A stretch of DNA of 63,992 bases, the filler included, from Aduncisulcus paluster (taxonomy: Eukaryota), in NCBI GenBank assembly GCA_024181965.1. It is 7 parts of 7 records of this genome, joined end to end, with 100 filler letters (N's around TTAATTAATTAA, not from the genome) between each part and the next. Parts side by side here need not be neighbours in the genome. Positions count along the whole stretch, not along the records: positions 1 to 16,613 come from BQXS01009744.1; 6 more parts are not named here. One strand, given 5' to 3'. Made by a program: the position numbers and the translations under genes. Shown here piece by piece: positions 1-11,600 of the stretch; positions within the stretch are counted from its first letter, which is position 1, and the number at the start of each line of letters is the position of its first letter. The notes under the pieces were generated by a model. That model was not told the DNA's origin. It did not search any database and was given only the letters and a program-made list of their open reading frames with translations.

Positions 1-3000
1 CCTAAAAATACTATATTCCGGCATCCTATATTCCCGCATACTCCCCTATCGCTTGTTACAGAGGGTATCCTTCTAAATACCCTATGTTCATCCCCTCACC
101 TGATGTCATCATCTCTTGTCCTTCTCGATGAAGTGCACGAACGTTCTGTTAATATTGATCTCTGCGTTGGATGTATTGCTAATGCTGTGAAGGAAAGGAG
201 GAAATTGTTCAACCAAGGATTGGAAACAATGAGACGAGCAGAGATGAGGGTTATCGAAGCATGGATAGCTCGTGAAAAGGATATTTATGTAAAACATTGT
301 GAATTGCAATCTAAAAATAGACATTCTCACCTCGAACATCCCTATAAAGTATCCCTTCGCTCCAAGTTCTCCCTTTTCTTTTCTCTTTGTCGTGTTCGAT
401 CGACTCTTCTCCCCCATCCGCCTCTAAAAGCCATTCTTATGAGTGCTACAATCAACGTGCATGAATATCAGAACAATCCTCGACTGTATCCCAGAACTAT
501 TCCAGTCGTGAAGATTGATGGGAGATCATACCCTGTGAGGGTCTCCCATTCTCCAGAGACGCCTGCTTCTATTCCTGAAATTATCAGTCTATGTGTTCGA
601 AAGGTGATTGAAATTCATACTTCTGGAAAGCCTGGAAATGTTCTTGTATTTCTACAGGGAAAAAAAGAGTGTGAAAAGGCCAGAAAACTATGTGAACAAG
701 CGATAACCAAACTATCTCAAGCACAACACCGTAGATCAGAGATTCAAGAAATGGAAGAGGAAGAAATGCAGGAAAAGAAAAAAGAAGACTTTGAGCGTTT
801 GGTGGAAGAGTGGTTACCAGATGAGAAAGATGAGGAGAAAGAGGAGGAGAAAGAGGAGGAGACAGGGGATGAGAGTTCCAATGGAGATGAAGATGGTATT
901 AAAGAGAGAAATGAAACTGATCTTGGTTCATCCGATGTTTCTTTCTCATCTCTTCTATCTTCTCTCTCGATCCTCTCCCCACCCTCAATCTTGACCCTCT
1001 ATTCCACCCTTTCCCCATCCCAGACCCAGAATGTGTGGACTCAGGCATCTAATTCCGTGTATGAGAGAGACCAAGTCAGTTCTTTTATTCAAGATCAGAG
1101 GAAACTGAGACTCAGAGAAGGGAAAGCAAGGTCGATGCATCCTGACAATTTAGATAAGGCCTTGGAGATAGTATCAACGCTCACATACCACCGGACAATT
1201 ATATTTTGCACCAATATTGCCGAGACATCACTGACAATACCTGGAGTCGTGTTTGTGGTTGATTCTGGACTTGTTAAGCAGGTATCTTCATCGTCTGGAA
1301 CCGGGACTTCTCGTTTGTCGACAGTCAGAACATCGCAAGCCTCAGCTGCCCAACGATCTGGTCGAGCTGGTCGTGTGTGTAAAGGTGAGTGTTTTAGAGC
1401 ATTCAGCATGGCCCATATGATTAACACAATGCCTAAATTTGACATTCCAGAGATTAAGAGGGTTGATTTGACGAATGTAGTTCTAATATTAATTCGGATG
1501 GGAGTGAAAAATATTGTTTCTTTCCCATTTCCATCTCATCCCGGCCATTCACGACTTATGCATGCCATTCGAACACTATCTGTCTGTAAATGTATAACTG
1601 GAATTGGATATCCAATATCTCCAGAAGGTTCTATTTTTAGAAGTGAGAAAGAACGTGAAAACTCATCCCTATCTCTTACCCCTCTTGGCTTTTCATCTCT
1701 TTTTCTCCCTCTCTCCCCTCGATGGGCCTCTATCATTGTATCGACCCTTCGATATGCCAGTGTGACCAAACGTTGGCAGGATGTTGTGAGTATGATCCTC
1801 TGTATTGTAGGAATATCAGGAAATAAGTCGGTTCTTGATCCCATCGAGCTTTGTGATTTGGTGGATGATACTGGGGAGCGTGTTGATAGCTCAAAACTCT
1901 CAAAGGCAGATCAAGAGAAATATCACGATTTGTGTGTCCAAGCTAAAGAAAAGAAAGAAAAGAATAGGTTCAAAATACTCTTCTCCCGATCTTCCAGCGA
2001 TCTAATTTCTCATGCTCTCGCTCTGATTCTATATATATCTGCTCTTGAACAAGATATTTCCAAAGAAGTGAGTAGAATCCTTGAGAAACAAGGTAAATCA
2101 TCCCAACGTCGCCTTGAGGAAAGCAAGATGGCTTTCTTATGGCAACAATACAAAAAGAAAGAGGAGGAAGAAGAGGAGTCCCAAGATCCAGACCATGAGA
2201 AATATCATGAAAACTCTGAAGAATCTTCTTTCAAATGGGATCTTCTCCCACCTCACATAACCTCGTTTGTTTCCAAATGTCGCAAGGCTGGAAAACTTGT
2301 CTGTCATCCATTCACTGCTTCTCAAATTGGTAATGACGATTTGGCATCTGAGTCCCTGTCTAAAACTCTATATCTCTCATCTGCTGTTCCTTCCCTATGT
2401 GGTCTATTCTGGGAACTTGCAGAGAAGTCAGGAGTTGCAGTTTGTGCTGCCTTGAGTATGCATTTCCCTCAACTTTCATCAGACCTCTATGAAAAGCTTT
2501 GGGATCATCAAGACTTGCGAATGAAACGTCAAGAAGAGCAGCGAATTCTTGAAGAGGAGCGTAGAAGAACCCAGACTTTTAATAATGTAAATTCAATTGA
2601 GGATTCAGATTCAGATGATGAAAATGGACATTCTAAATATATCTATGACCTTGGGGAAGAAGAGGAAGAAGAGGAAGAAGAGGAAGAAGAGAGTAATGAT
2701 TCATTATGTCTTTCTGAAGAGGATGATATTAAAGATATTCCTTCCTCGAAATCAAAAATTGCTTCGAAGGCTTCAGACCCCGAAGAACATTCCCATCATT
2801 TCCTCTCTTTCCTTCATAAACCATATGCTCTCCATCATATCGTATCAATAACTCCCTTATCTTCTTCATCTATTCCATCTGACCTTTTGTCCTCTAGTTT
2901 TGCCACTTTACTTTCGTCCCTTCTTCTCCAGCACTCAGGCGATAAGCTGTCAAAGAGGGACCCAAAACGTCGTCGAGATGGATCATTTAAATATGCACTC

Positions 3001-4615
3001 CCACAGTGTCGATTGACTGATAAAGAGATGGTCCAGGCGAAATTGGATGCTTCCATTGATCATCCAGCCCATGGTCTTGTCGACAAGCTCTCTGTCGTAA
3101 GGAATACCTGGCCAGAGTGGGTTATCTATATGAATCTCCACGAATCTGTGTGGATAAAAGAGGTTGACGAGGATGGAAATGTCATCATCCCTGTTGATGC
3201 TGAGCTTGAAGACGCTGATGCCGATGATGATGTGGAATTCAAGAATATGCGTCGTGTGGATAATATTACAGATATAAACGGGACGGAACTATCGCCCTTT
3301 TCTCCAGAATCCCCTCACATTGTCTGCGTTCGTCGTGTTCTCAAGATATGCACGTGTATCCCTAATCCTGAAGCCATGGTTAGTGTGTGTTCCCCTCTGT
3401 TTATTCATCCATTCAAAGCTAGAGTGGGTTATCTATATGAATCTCCACGAATCTGTGTGGATAAAAGAGGTTGACGAGGATGGAAATGTCATCATCCCTG
3501 TTGATGCTGAGCTTGAAGACGCTGATGCCGATGATGATGTGGAATTCAAGAATATGCGTCGTGTGGATAATATTACAGATATAAACGGGACGGAACTATC
3601 GCCCTTTTCTCCAGAATCCCCTCACATTGTCTGCGTTCGTCGTGTTCTCAAGATATGCACGTGTATCCCTAATCCTGAAGCCATGGTTAGTGTGTGTTCC
3701 CCTCTGTTTATTCATCCATTCAAAGCTAGAGTGGGTATCCGTGATGATAGAAGTGTGTGGAATGTTGATCTTGGGCAAGTGTGTGTTCGGGAGACATTTG
3801 CTTACACATACACTCACTCCTCACATCTGTTCGCACTATCTCAGTTCGAAAAGGATGAACATACCATGAAAAAGCATCAAAAGAAGCATGCATCGAGAGA
3901 AGAAGAAGCAGACGATCCTTATCAAGCCGAAGATTCCCTGTCTGATATTGATGAGGAAGAAGATGATGGAAGAGGGCGACTATTGCTCTTGATGAAGGGC
4001 GCAATTAACACTCAGACCATGAAACACAGTGTTAACGAAACTCCATCTTCGGTGTCTCTTCCTGTTTGTTCTATTCTATCAACATATCCTGGTAAACTTT
4101 GGGAATCTGACCGTTTCTTGGCAACTATTCGCGATATTCAGCTTAATCCTGGATTATATCCATATGGAACGAGATTAAGACTCTCCGATGAAGACGTTTC
4201 TGACATCAAGACAAAGATATCTTCTGAAGCAAAGATGATGACAGCTCGTGCTTTCGCTGCATGTTTGTTGAAAGGAGAAGTGTTTCCACAGCTTAAAGAT
4301 GTTTATTTCATCGTTTCGTCCGCTGATATTCGTGAATCAGATCGTTGGGGACGGTTGAAAGCGAAAATACGTTCTTCATGTTCAAATTTCATATCTGAGC
4401 TTTGTCTTCTTGGAGACGAATCAACTGATGCGATCAGTCTTAGTCATCTCAAGACCAAATGGAAAGAAGAGGAAAGACTCGGTGGTCTTCCTATGTTCTT
4501 GAAGAAGCAATTGCTTTCCCTCGTTGAAGAAGGTGATCATGAGAGGTTTGAGGAAGCTTGGAGAAAAATAACATCCAGAAGAAGAGTTAAGAGGAAGAAA
4601 GTGCGAAAGGAATGA
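1..4615 (+). CDS. DHX37: DEAH-box RNA helicase, DHX37/Dhr1-like; 5'-partial and split into two ORFs by a 307-bp tandem duplication
   Basis: Frame 1 is open from base 1 (TEGILL, motif Ib), followed by DEVHER, MSAT, TNIAETSLTIPGVVFVVDSG and SQASAAQRSGRAGR. SFPFPSHP and the C-terminal FAACLLKGEVF resemble DHX37. ORFs 103-3474 and 3320-4615 fuse in frame if one duplicate copy is removed. The Walker A motif lies upstream of the window. Confidence 0.85.
3114..3736 (+). repeat. 307-bp tandem duplication bounded by AGAGTGGGT
   Basis: 3114-3420 matches 3421-3727. AGAGTGGGT starts at 3114, 3421 and 3728. Confidence 0.95.
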
Positions 4616-4891
4616 GTAGAATCAAGGAAGATGATAGTCATTAGTATTAAAGATTTTTATTCATTTATTTATTCGACTCAAAATCATTAAGCGGAGCGAT
4701 AACCTTGTTAATATCAAATTGATTGACTCAATCAACATTTTGAATATAAATTGTTAAATTTAATTTAAATTACAACATGAATGCGAAAACAATCTTTTTG
4801 TACAATACAAGAAAGAAAGGAAGTCCTATATTGAACTATCGAACGATGAACAGGTTAAAAACAAATAAATAATTTGTTTGTTTTGATCAAA

Positions 4892-5980
4892 TCAAATAGC
4901 ATAGATTCCACGTCCAGGAGGTATGTTGGGCACAGGCTGAGGGGTGATGAGAGGAGCGTATCCTTGTTCCTGCTTCTTCTTCTTAGCAGCACAACAGGAA
5001 ACAAGAGATAGCAAGAGAGCAAGGCCAGCAACTGAAACACACACCCAACCCCAAACAACCAAACCATCAGGATCAGCTCCAAATCCATTGGGATAATCCA
5101 ACATGTAGTTGAAGCAAGGATCATTTTCTTGGAAAACATAAAGATCAGTACTACAAGTTGGGAAAGCAGAGATAGATCCACATCCATAAGCAGCCATAAT
5201 CTCATTCTGCGTACCATCAGGATCATTAAAGACCATGTTCGACGTTAATACCCCATCATTTTCAGAATTTCCAGGGACACCATGATTATTATTCTCTAAA
5301 GAATCGTGTGAGTATGAAATCAAAACAGAAACAGGCCATTCAATAAAAACACAAGTATCGGCAGCCCAATAGTAATCATATCCTCCAAAACAATAAGCCC
5401 CATAATCATAACTACAATCCCCTGCAGAGTAGTAAGTATATGACTCATAACTATTGTTGTATTGGGGAATGGTCCTTGTCCATGTAGAATAATCGGCATT
5501 GGTCATACCACCACCATTGTCGTCGTGATACTCAATGTAAAGGAAAGTCTCAACATTAGGTTCAATTTGTTGTGTTAAATTATATGAATATGAACAAGCC
5601 TTTCCAGCAATTGTCTCATAATAACCAAATGTGTTTCCAACTCCACCATATTTGGAAGTATAGTTATCATAATCAAGTCTGCTCATCGTATACTTACATG
5701 AATTGCTATCAATTTCGGTGACATCATGTCCTCTGGTGTACCAATCATCGGAGACATAATCAGAAGAGTAATAATCTCCGAATGTGAATAACCACTGCAT
5801 TTTTGGAAGATCAGCAGTCACATCATTGGGTTGATCTTCAAAACCAAGCATAGATTCGTGAAAATCATCCATACGACTATAATAGACGCCATCATAGCCC
5901 TGCCACAAGAGTATACCTCCAGCTATTCCACAAACGATAGCAATAAGCAGCAATGCAAGTGAACACACTTTCCCGCTCAT
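4892..5980 (-). CDS. Hypothetical membrane protein with two hydrophobic helices flanking a Tyr/Cys/Asp-rich extracellular loop
   Basis: 362-aa ATG-initiated ORF with hydrophobic segments near the N-terminus and C-terminus, followed by a CC/KKKK stop-transfer motif and a Pro-rich tail. Confidence 0.8.
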   Translation of the reverse strand: MSGKVCSLALLLIAIVCGIAGGILLWQGYDGVYYSRMDDFHESMLGFEDQPNDVTADLPKMQWLFTFGDYYSSDYVSDDWYTRGHDVTEIDSNSCKYTMSRLDYDNYTSKYGGVGNTFGYYETIAGKACSYSYNLTQQIEPNVETFLYIEYHDDNGGGMTNADYSTWTRTIPQYNNSYESYTYYSAGDCSYDYGAYCFGGYDYYWAADTCVFIEWPVSVLISYSHDSLENNNHGVPGNSENDGVLTSNMVFNDPDGTQNEIMAAYGCGSISAFPTCSTDLYVFQENDPCFNYMLDYPNGFGADPDGLVVWGWVCVSVAGLALLLSLVSCCAAKKKKQEQGYAPLITPQPVPNIPPGRGIYAI

Positions 5981-6420
5981 GAATGTTTAATTTTATAATC
6001 AAACCCAAAAAAAAAATTTTTTTTTAAAAAAGAATTAATTCTGAATTAGCAGATAACATTTAACAATAAAAGAAGATAATTTACATTTATCCACAAAATT
6101 ATTAACATATGAATAATGAATTAATTTATTTTTTGAATGAATTCCACGAGAAAATGGCCCACTGGTAATATCCTTCGAATCTTCATGTGCTGTCACAAAA
6201 CTCAAAGATAATATTACTATTTCTGGGGATAGAGAAAGAATGAAATCCAAAACATCTTAAAGCTAATATGTTGCACAGAAAATGATGGCTTTGGCTATCT
6301 TCCATATTATCACTTATTTCACATAACGCAGGAAGAAATCCATAATTCCAAATCCAAGGTCAAAATCCTCAATTCCAACAATGCCAAATCAAACAACCAG
6401 TAAATTACTGGCAGTAATGA

Positions 6421-7194
6421 TTACTCTACAACGTCTTTTACAAAGGTAATAAATTCATCATCACTCATTATCGATAAGTCACCTTGACTTTCAGACAATT
6501 TCATAAGAAGAGAGGCCCTTTCAGCTGCAATCCCACATTTTTGGTGCATTTTAGAAAATAATTCTGGATATTGTTCAAGTGTCTTAGAAACTGTTATTTT
6601 TTGCAAATTAGAACCAATTGATTTGATCAATGGCCTAAATTTGTCCAATGAAGATTGAATATCCTGAATGGCAGAAACAACACGACAAGTGGGAGCAGGA
6701 AAAGTAGAAACATAATCAATAAGATGTTGTCTTGATTTAATACTCGTTTTTCGCCCCTTTAAATGTTCTTTAGTTTGAAATATTTGACCAGCTACTTGTG
6801 AGGGAGCTTTACCAACCACAGATTCGAAGGTGTCACTCATTTTCCCCAATATTTGTTGTGATTCAATAATTTCATCAATATCCAATTCTATTTCATGCGG
6901 ATCTAATGCCTCTTTTATCAAATAACATGAAGGAAGAGCAATATCTTTGATAAAATTTGAATATTCATTAAAATGTTCCTTTTTAACATCAAACCCTAAC
7001 ATTTTATATGTTGCAATAAGAGTTGAAATTCCTTTACCATCACTAGCTATCGTGAGTAAACCGCATTTATGAAATTGTTTGAAAAAAAATCTACATAACT
7101 GTTCTACATGAATCAAATCAAATTGATCCTTTGAAAATCCTTCTTTATATCCAATATCATTTAAAATAGAATTTAAAATATCAATACTCTTCAT
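6421..7194 (-). CDS. Hypothetical protein
   Basis: 257-aa ATG-initiated ORF in AT-rich DNA; no motif recognised. Confidence 0.7.
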   Translation of the reverse strand: MKSIDILNSILNDIGYKEGFSKDQFDLIHVEQLCRFFFKQFHKCGLLTIASDGKGISTLIATYKMLGFDVKKEHFNEYSNFIKDIALPSCYLIKEALDPHEIELDIDEIIESQQILGKMSDTFESVVGKAPSQVAGQIFQTKEHLKGRKTSIKSRQHLIDYVSTFPAPTCRVVSAIQDIQSSLDKFRPLIKSIGSNLQKITVSKTLEQYPELFSKMHQKCGIAAERASLLMKLSESQGDLSIMSDDEFITFVKDVVE

Positions 7195-7476
7195 ATATTG
7201 CCCAATAAGTATATTTGAAATTGTGAAAGGTTCAATTCAGACCAAAAATTTCAAAAAATAAAATATTGATGCCGAATAGAGAGCATAATCTTAAATTACA
7301 AATCAAATCAACGAATATCTAGGCAAACTAACGAATCAAGATAACTGTAGCTTTTTCTCGACGCAGTCTACTTTAAGGATTGTTCTACTGTTTAATTTCT
7401 TTTCATTTTCAAAAGTTACCTTTGTTTTATTGACTTTTATATATTTCTTTCTCATTAACACTGTATATTCCTGATT

Positions 7477-8400
7477 ATGGAGCTAATAGACAGTGTAATA
7501 AAGAAATTATCCGAAGTCAAATTCTCTCGGCCAAACAAAACCGTTGTTATTCCTGAGGATCATATCAAGATAATCCTCGATAAATCTATTGAGTCGTTTA
7601 GTTCCCAACCTGTCCTTCTTGACAAATTGTCGACCCCGTTGAGAATATTTGGTGATATCCATGGCCAATATGCGGATCTATTACGCTTATTTGAATTCAC
7701 TGGCACTCCGGGAACCATTCCCATGAATTTCCTCTTTCTAGGAGATTATGTTGATCGAGGATACGGACAATTTGAATGTATCTTGCTTTTACTATGCTAT
7801 AAAATTAAATATTCCGACTCAATTTTCCTCCTTCGTGGTAATCACGAAACGGCAAATGTAAACAAGCACTATGGATTTTACCAAGCTTGTATTGCCAAAT
7901 ATAATATTGCTATGTGGCGTAAATTCTGTGATTGTTTTGATTGGATGCCCCTTGCTGCTGTTATTGACGAAAAGATCTTCTGCACTCATGGTGGCCTTAG
8001 TCCCTCTCTTACAGAAGTATCTGAGATTGAACTTGCAATGAAAAGGCCACTAGATATAGGAGAAAGTGGAATGCTCTCTGACCTCTTGTGGGCAGATCCA
8101 TCCGCAATAACCGGATGGGCAGAGAACAATCGAGGTGTATCATATATTTTTGGAAATGATGTTGTTGATACCTTCCTCGAGAACAACAAATTCGAGTTAA
8201 TATGTCGTGCTCATCAAGTTGTTGAAGATGGGTACGAGTTTTTCGCTGACAGAAAACTTGTCACTATTTTCTCTGCACCTAATTATATGAATTCATATAA
8301 CAATGGGGCTGCTGTGATGACAATAGAAAAAGATCTCAAATGCTCGTTCCAAGTTTTGAAGCCTGTTCATCGTTCTTTTGATATCGACGTCAGTTGGTAA
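7477..8400 (+). CDS. PP1: Serine/threonine protein phosphatase PP1 catalytic subunit (PPP family)
   Basis: Motifs GDIHGQY, GDYVDRG, LRGNHE, HGG, DLLWADP, RGVS, RAHQVVEDGYEFF and FSAPNY. Confidence 0.95.
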   Translation: MELIDSVIKKLSEVKFSRPNKTVVIPEDHIKIILDKSIESFSSQPVLLDKLSTPLRIFGDIHGQYADLLRLFEFTGTPGTIPMNFLFLGDYVDRGYGQFECILLLLCYKIKYSDSIFLLRGNHETANVNKHYGFYQACIAKYNIAMWRKFCDCFDWMPLAAVIDEKIFCTHGGLSPSLTEVSEIELAMKRPLDIGESGMLSDLLWADPSAITGWAENNRGVSYIFGNDVVDTFLENNKFELICRAHQVVEDGYEFFADRKLVTIFSAPNYMNSYNNGAAVMTIEKDLKCSFQVLKPVHRSFDIDVSW

Positions 8401-8678
8401 AGTTGCCTTTTTTTTGGTTGTTCTGAAGTTCTTTTGCTTTCCTCAAGTTACAATTAAACTCATTCCCACGATAAACTGACACAACTTCCGATAATGGGTT
8501 ATTCTATGTGTTTTAGTAGACTACTCCGATCCTATACTTTATAACACGAAATAAAAAAAGTTATCATGTTATTGGTTTTTATTTGCATTTAATCTTTGTT
8601 CAGATATCAATGAAAACATCGAATTCTGGTGATAGAAAGAAACCGAAGGGGTTTTGCCATATTAAAGGATTATTTCAT

Positions 8679-11600
8679 ATGAAATACCGATTATTTGTTA
8701 TTATTTTAATAATTTTACAATTATTTACCTTCATTTATTCCCTTACAATCTCAGGAGATTCTCCTACTGGAATCCTTTCAGGTTCTTCCAAATGTTTACA
8801 GCATTATCTATTTGAAATAGAATCGTCAAGTGATTATACCAATGGAATTGTTGTATCACCAACTAATGCTGGTTGCTATTATATTCAAACTTCACTAGCC
8901 AATATTCCCGGTATTTCGATTGATGTCGGTTCTAATTCAATTTTAATTGTTGAGAAAGCATTATCCTCCACCGAGGGCATTTCTCTCATCGCTGAAGAGA
9001 TTGTTATTGTTGATGATGATCCAGATAATTTTGTCAGTGGGAATTCTGTGTCTATATCTGCCTCTGGTTCAATATCCATTCAAACTGACTCATTTTACCC
9101 AAATACTTCCATGTCAGCAATTGATAACCTTGATATTGTTGCTAATACAACGCTAGACCTCTCGGCTAACCCTACATTCTCGGCCAGTGATATTTCTGTT
9201 GATATGAGCTCCGTTGATTGTATCTTTGACAATGGAATGTTTATTGGAGACGTTTCTGTTTCATGCGATAAGATAGAAGTTTCAGAAAGTGTTTTTGATG
9301 GGGGAATTCTTCAATTTGTTGCTACCGATGAGCTTCTTCTTTCTAGTAATCTTACAGTTCCTTCACCGACAATTTCTAATACCTACAACTCATTTGAATG
9401 TAATTCATTATCTGTGACCCATCTCCAACAGCTTACAGGAAGTGTTGTTATTACAGCCACCACTTCGGCGGCCTTCAATGATGATTTTATCTCATCAAAT
9501 GGTTCTATAACAATGGATGTTGATTCTCTGGGGACTCCCACCTCANNNNNNNNNNNNNNNNNNNNCCTTGATATTGTTGCTAATACAACGCTAGACCTCT
9601 CGGCTAACCCTACATTCTCGGCCAGTGATATTTCTGTTGATATGAGCTCCGTTGATTGTATCTTTGACAATGGAATGTTTATTGGAGACGTTTCTGTTTC
9701 ATGCGATAAGATAGAAGTTTCAGAAAGTGTTTTTGATGGGGGAATTCTTCAATTTGTTGCTACCGATGAGCTTCTTCTTTCTAGTAATCTTACAGTTCCT
9801 TCACCGACAATTTCTAATACCTACAACTCATTTGAATGTAATTCATTATCTGTGACCCATCTCCAACAGCTTACAGGAAGTGTTGTTATTACAGCCACCA
9901 CTTCGGCGGCCTTCAATGATGATTTTATCTCATCAAATGGTTCTATAACAATGGATGTTGATTCTCTGGGGACTCCCACCTCAAGTTTAACCTTGTCTGG
10001 TAAGAAAGGACTCTACATTACCTCCAGCAATGGTCTGTCAAATTCCACATACCTTTNNNNNNNNNNNNNNNNNNNNTTCAGAAAGTGTTTTTGATGGGGG
10101 AATTCTTCAATTTGTTGCTACCGATGAGCTTCTTCTTTCTAGTAATCTTACAGTTCCTTCACCGACAATTTCTAATACCTACAACTCATTTGAATGTAAT
10201 TCATTATCTGTGACCCATCTCCAACAGCTTACAGGAAGTGTTGTTATTACAGCCACCACTTCGGCGGCCTTCAATGATGATTTTATCTCATCAAATGGTT
10301 CTATAACAATGGATGTTGATTCTCTGGGGACTCCCACCTCAAGTTTAACCTTGTCTGGTAAGAAAGGACTCTACATTACCTCCAGCAATGGTCTGTCAAA
10401 TTCCACATACCTTTACTCATTCGTCTCGCCCTCTGGGCAAGTTCGAGTGAATATGTCAGGTTCAATGGAAGGAGTTGACTCTATTTCGGGTACTTTTGTC
10501 TACGTTAACACCACCTCTACCGAATCTATGTCCTTTGGTAATGTTACTTCCTCATCAGGATCCATCATTCTCATTGGATATGACATTGCTTCTTCTAGCC
10601 CCACTTCTAATGAAATATCTTGTGCCACAACTTGCTCTATCCAGGCGACAAATTCCATTAATGTCGGAGATATTATTAGCGGAGAAAACGTCACCATCCG
10701 AGCCACAGACAGTAATATCACCCTCAAAGATATAACCATTGAGGATGGGTCTGCAACAATTACAAGCGATTCAGGTTATATTACCTTAGATGAGCTCAAT
10801 TTGTCTGATACTCAACTCTTGGAAAAATCCATCACTATTTCCTCATCGGGTGCTCTAAATGTGGGCACCAAGTTAATGACCAACGGTGGAAAAGTTCAAT
10901 TATCATTTTCGAACTATTTATCTGAGATTTCATCTGTCCAGACGAAAGGAGGAGATGTAGAGATTACTTACTCTGGTTCCAATTCAACGGCCCCCATTTT
11001 TTCCTCAATAGTCACTAACGGTGGAAATATCAAGGTAGATACCGATAGTGCTGCTGTTCAACTCAACTCCATATCAACAAACGGAGGAAGTCTCTCTGTG
11101 ACTGGTCTTGTGGCCATGGGAGATGATTGGGATATGGTTAATGGTGATATTACAATCAATAATGATATTAGCGGATCTTTAACCTTTAATCAGAATATTA
11201 ACTATCCAAATGCAATCAAAATTACCGTTAGCGATAATACAACAATCTCTTTCTCAGCTGCTCTGTACGCAACATCCCTTAGTATTACATCATCCAACTC
11301 AGTGTCTTCAGTTACTTTCTCTGCTTCTGCTACTCTCACTGGAAGTGCCTCATTCATCGACTGTGATGTTTCTGTGACATCTGGAACATTTTCTGCTGAT
11401 TCTATTTCCTTCGATGGATCCACGAAACAATTATCTCTCTCCAGCTCAGCAAAATTTCTTTCAGCAAATGCTTTTTCCATTTCTGCAAATATTATCGACT
11501 TTGATAGTTCTGGAACATCGAAAGTCGCATCCGCTTCGATCAGTGTGAATAGTGCATCAACCATAAAGGAACTTGAAATCTTATATGGTTCATTCATCGT

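Noticed and set aside
6035-6400. Minus-strand WIWNYGFLP resembling an inorganic pyrophosphatase motif
   Set aside because: It lies in a short frame with no other pyrophosphatase motifs and is likely chance.
9128-10414. Apparent internal tandem repeats in the giant protein (also 25750-26135 and 61063-61656)
   Set aside because: Matching copies directly flank 20-N gaps and the second breaks frame, which indicates unmerged scaffold overlaps.
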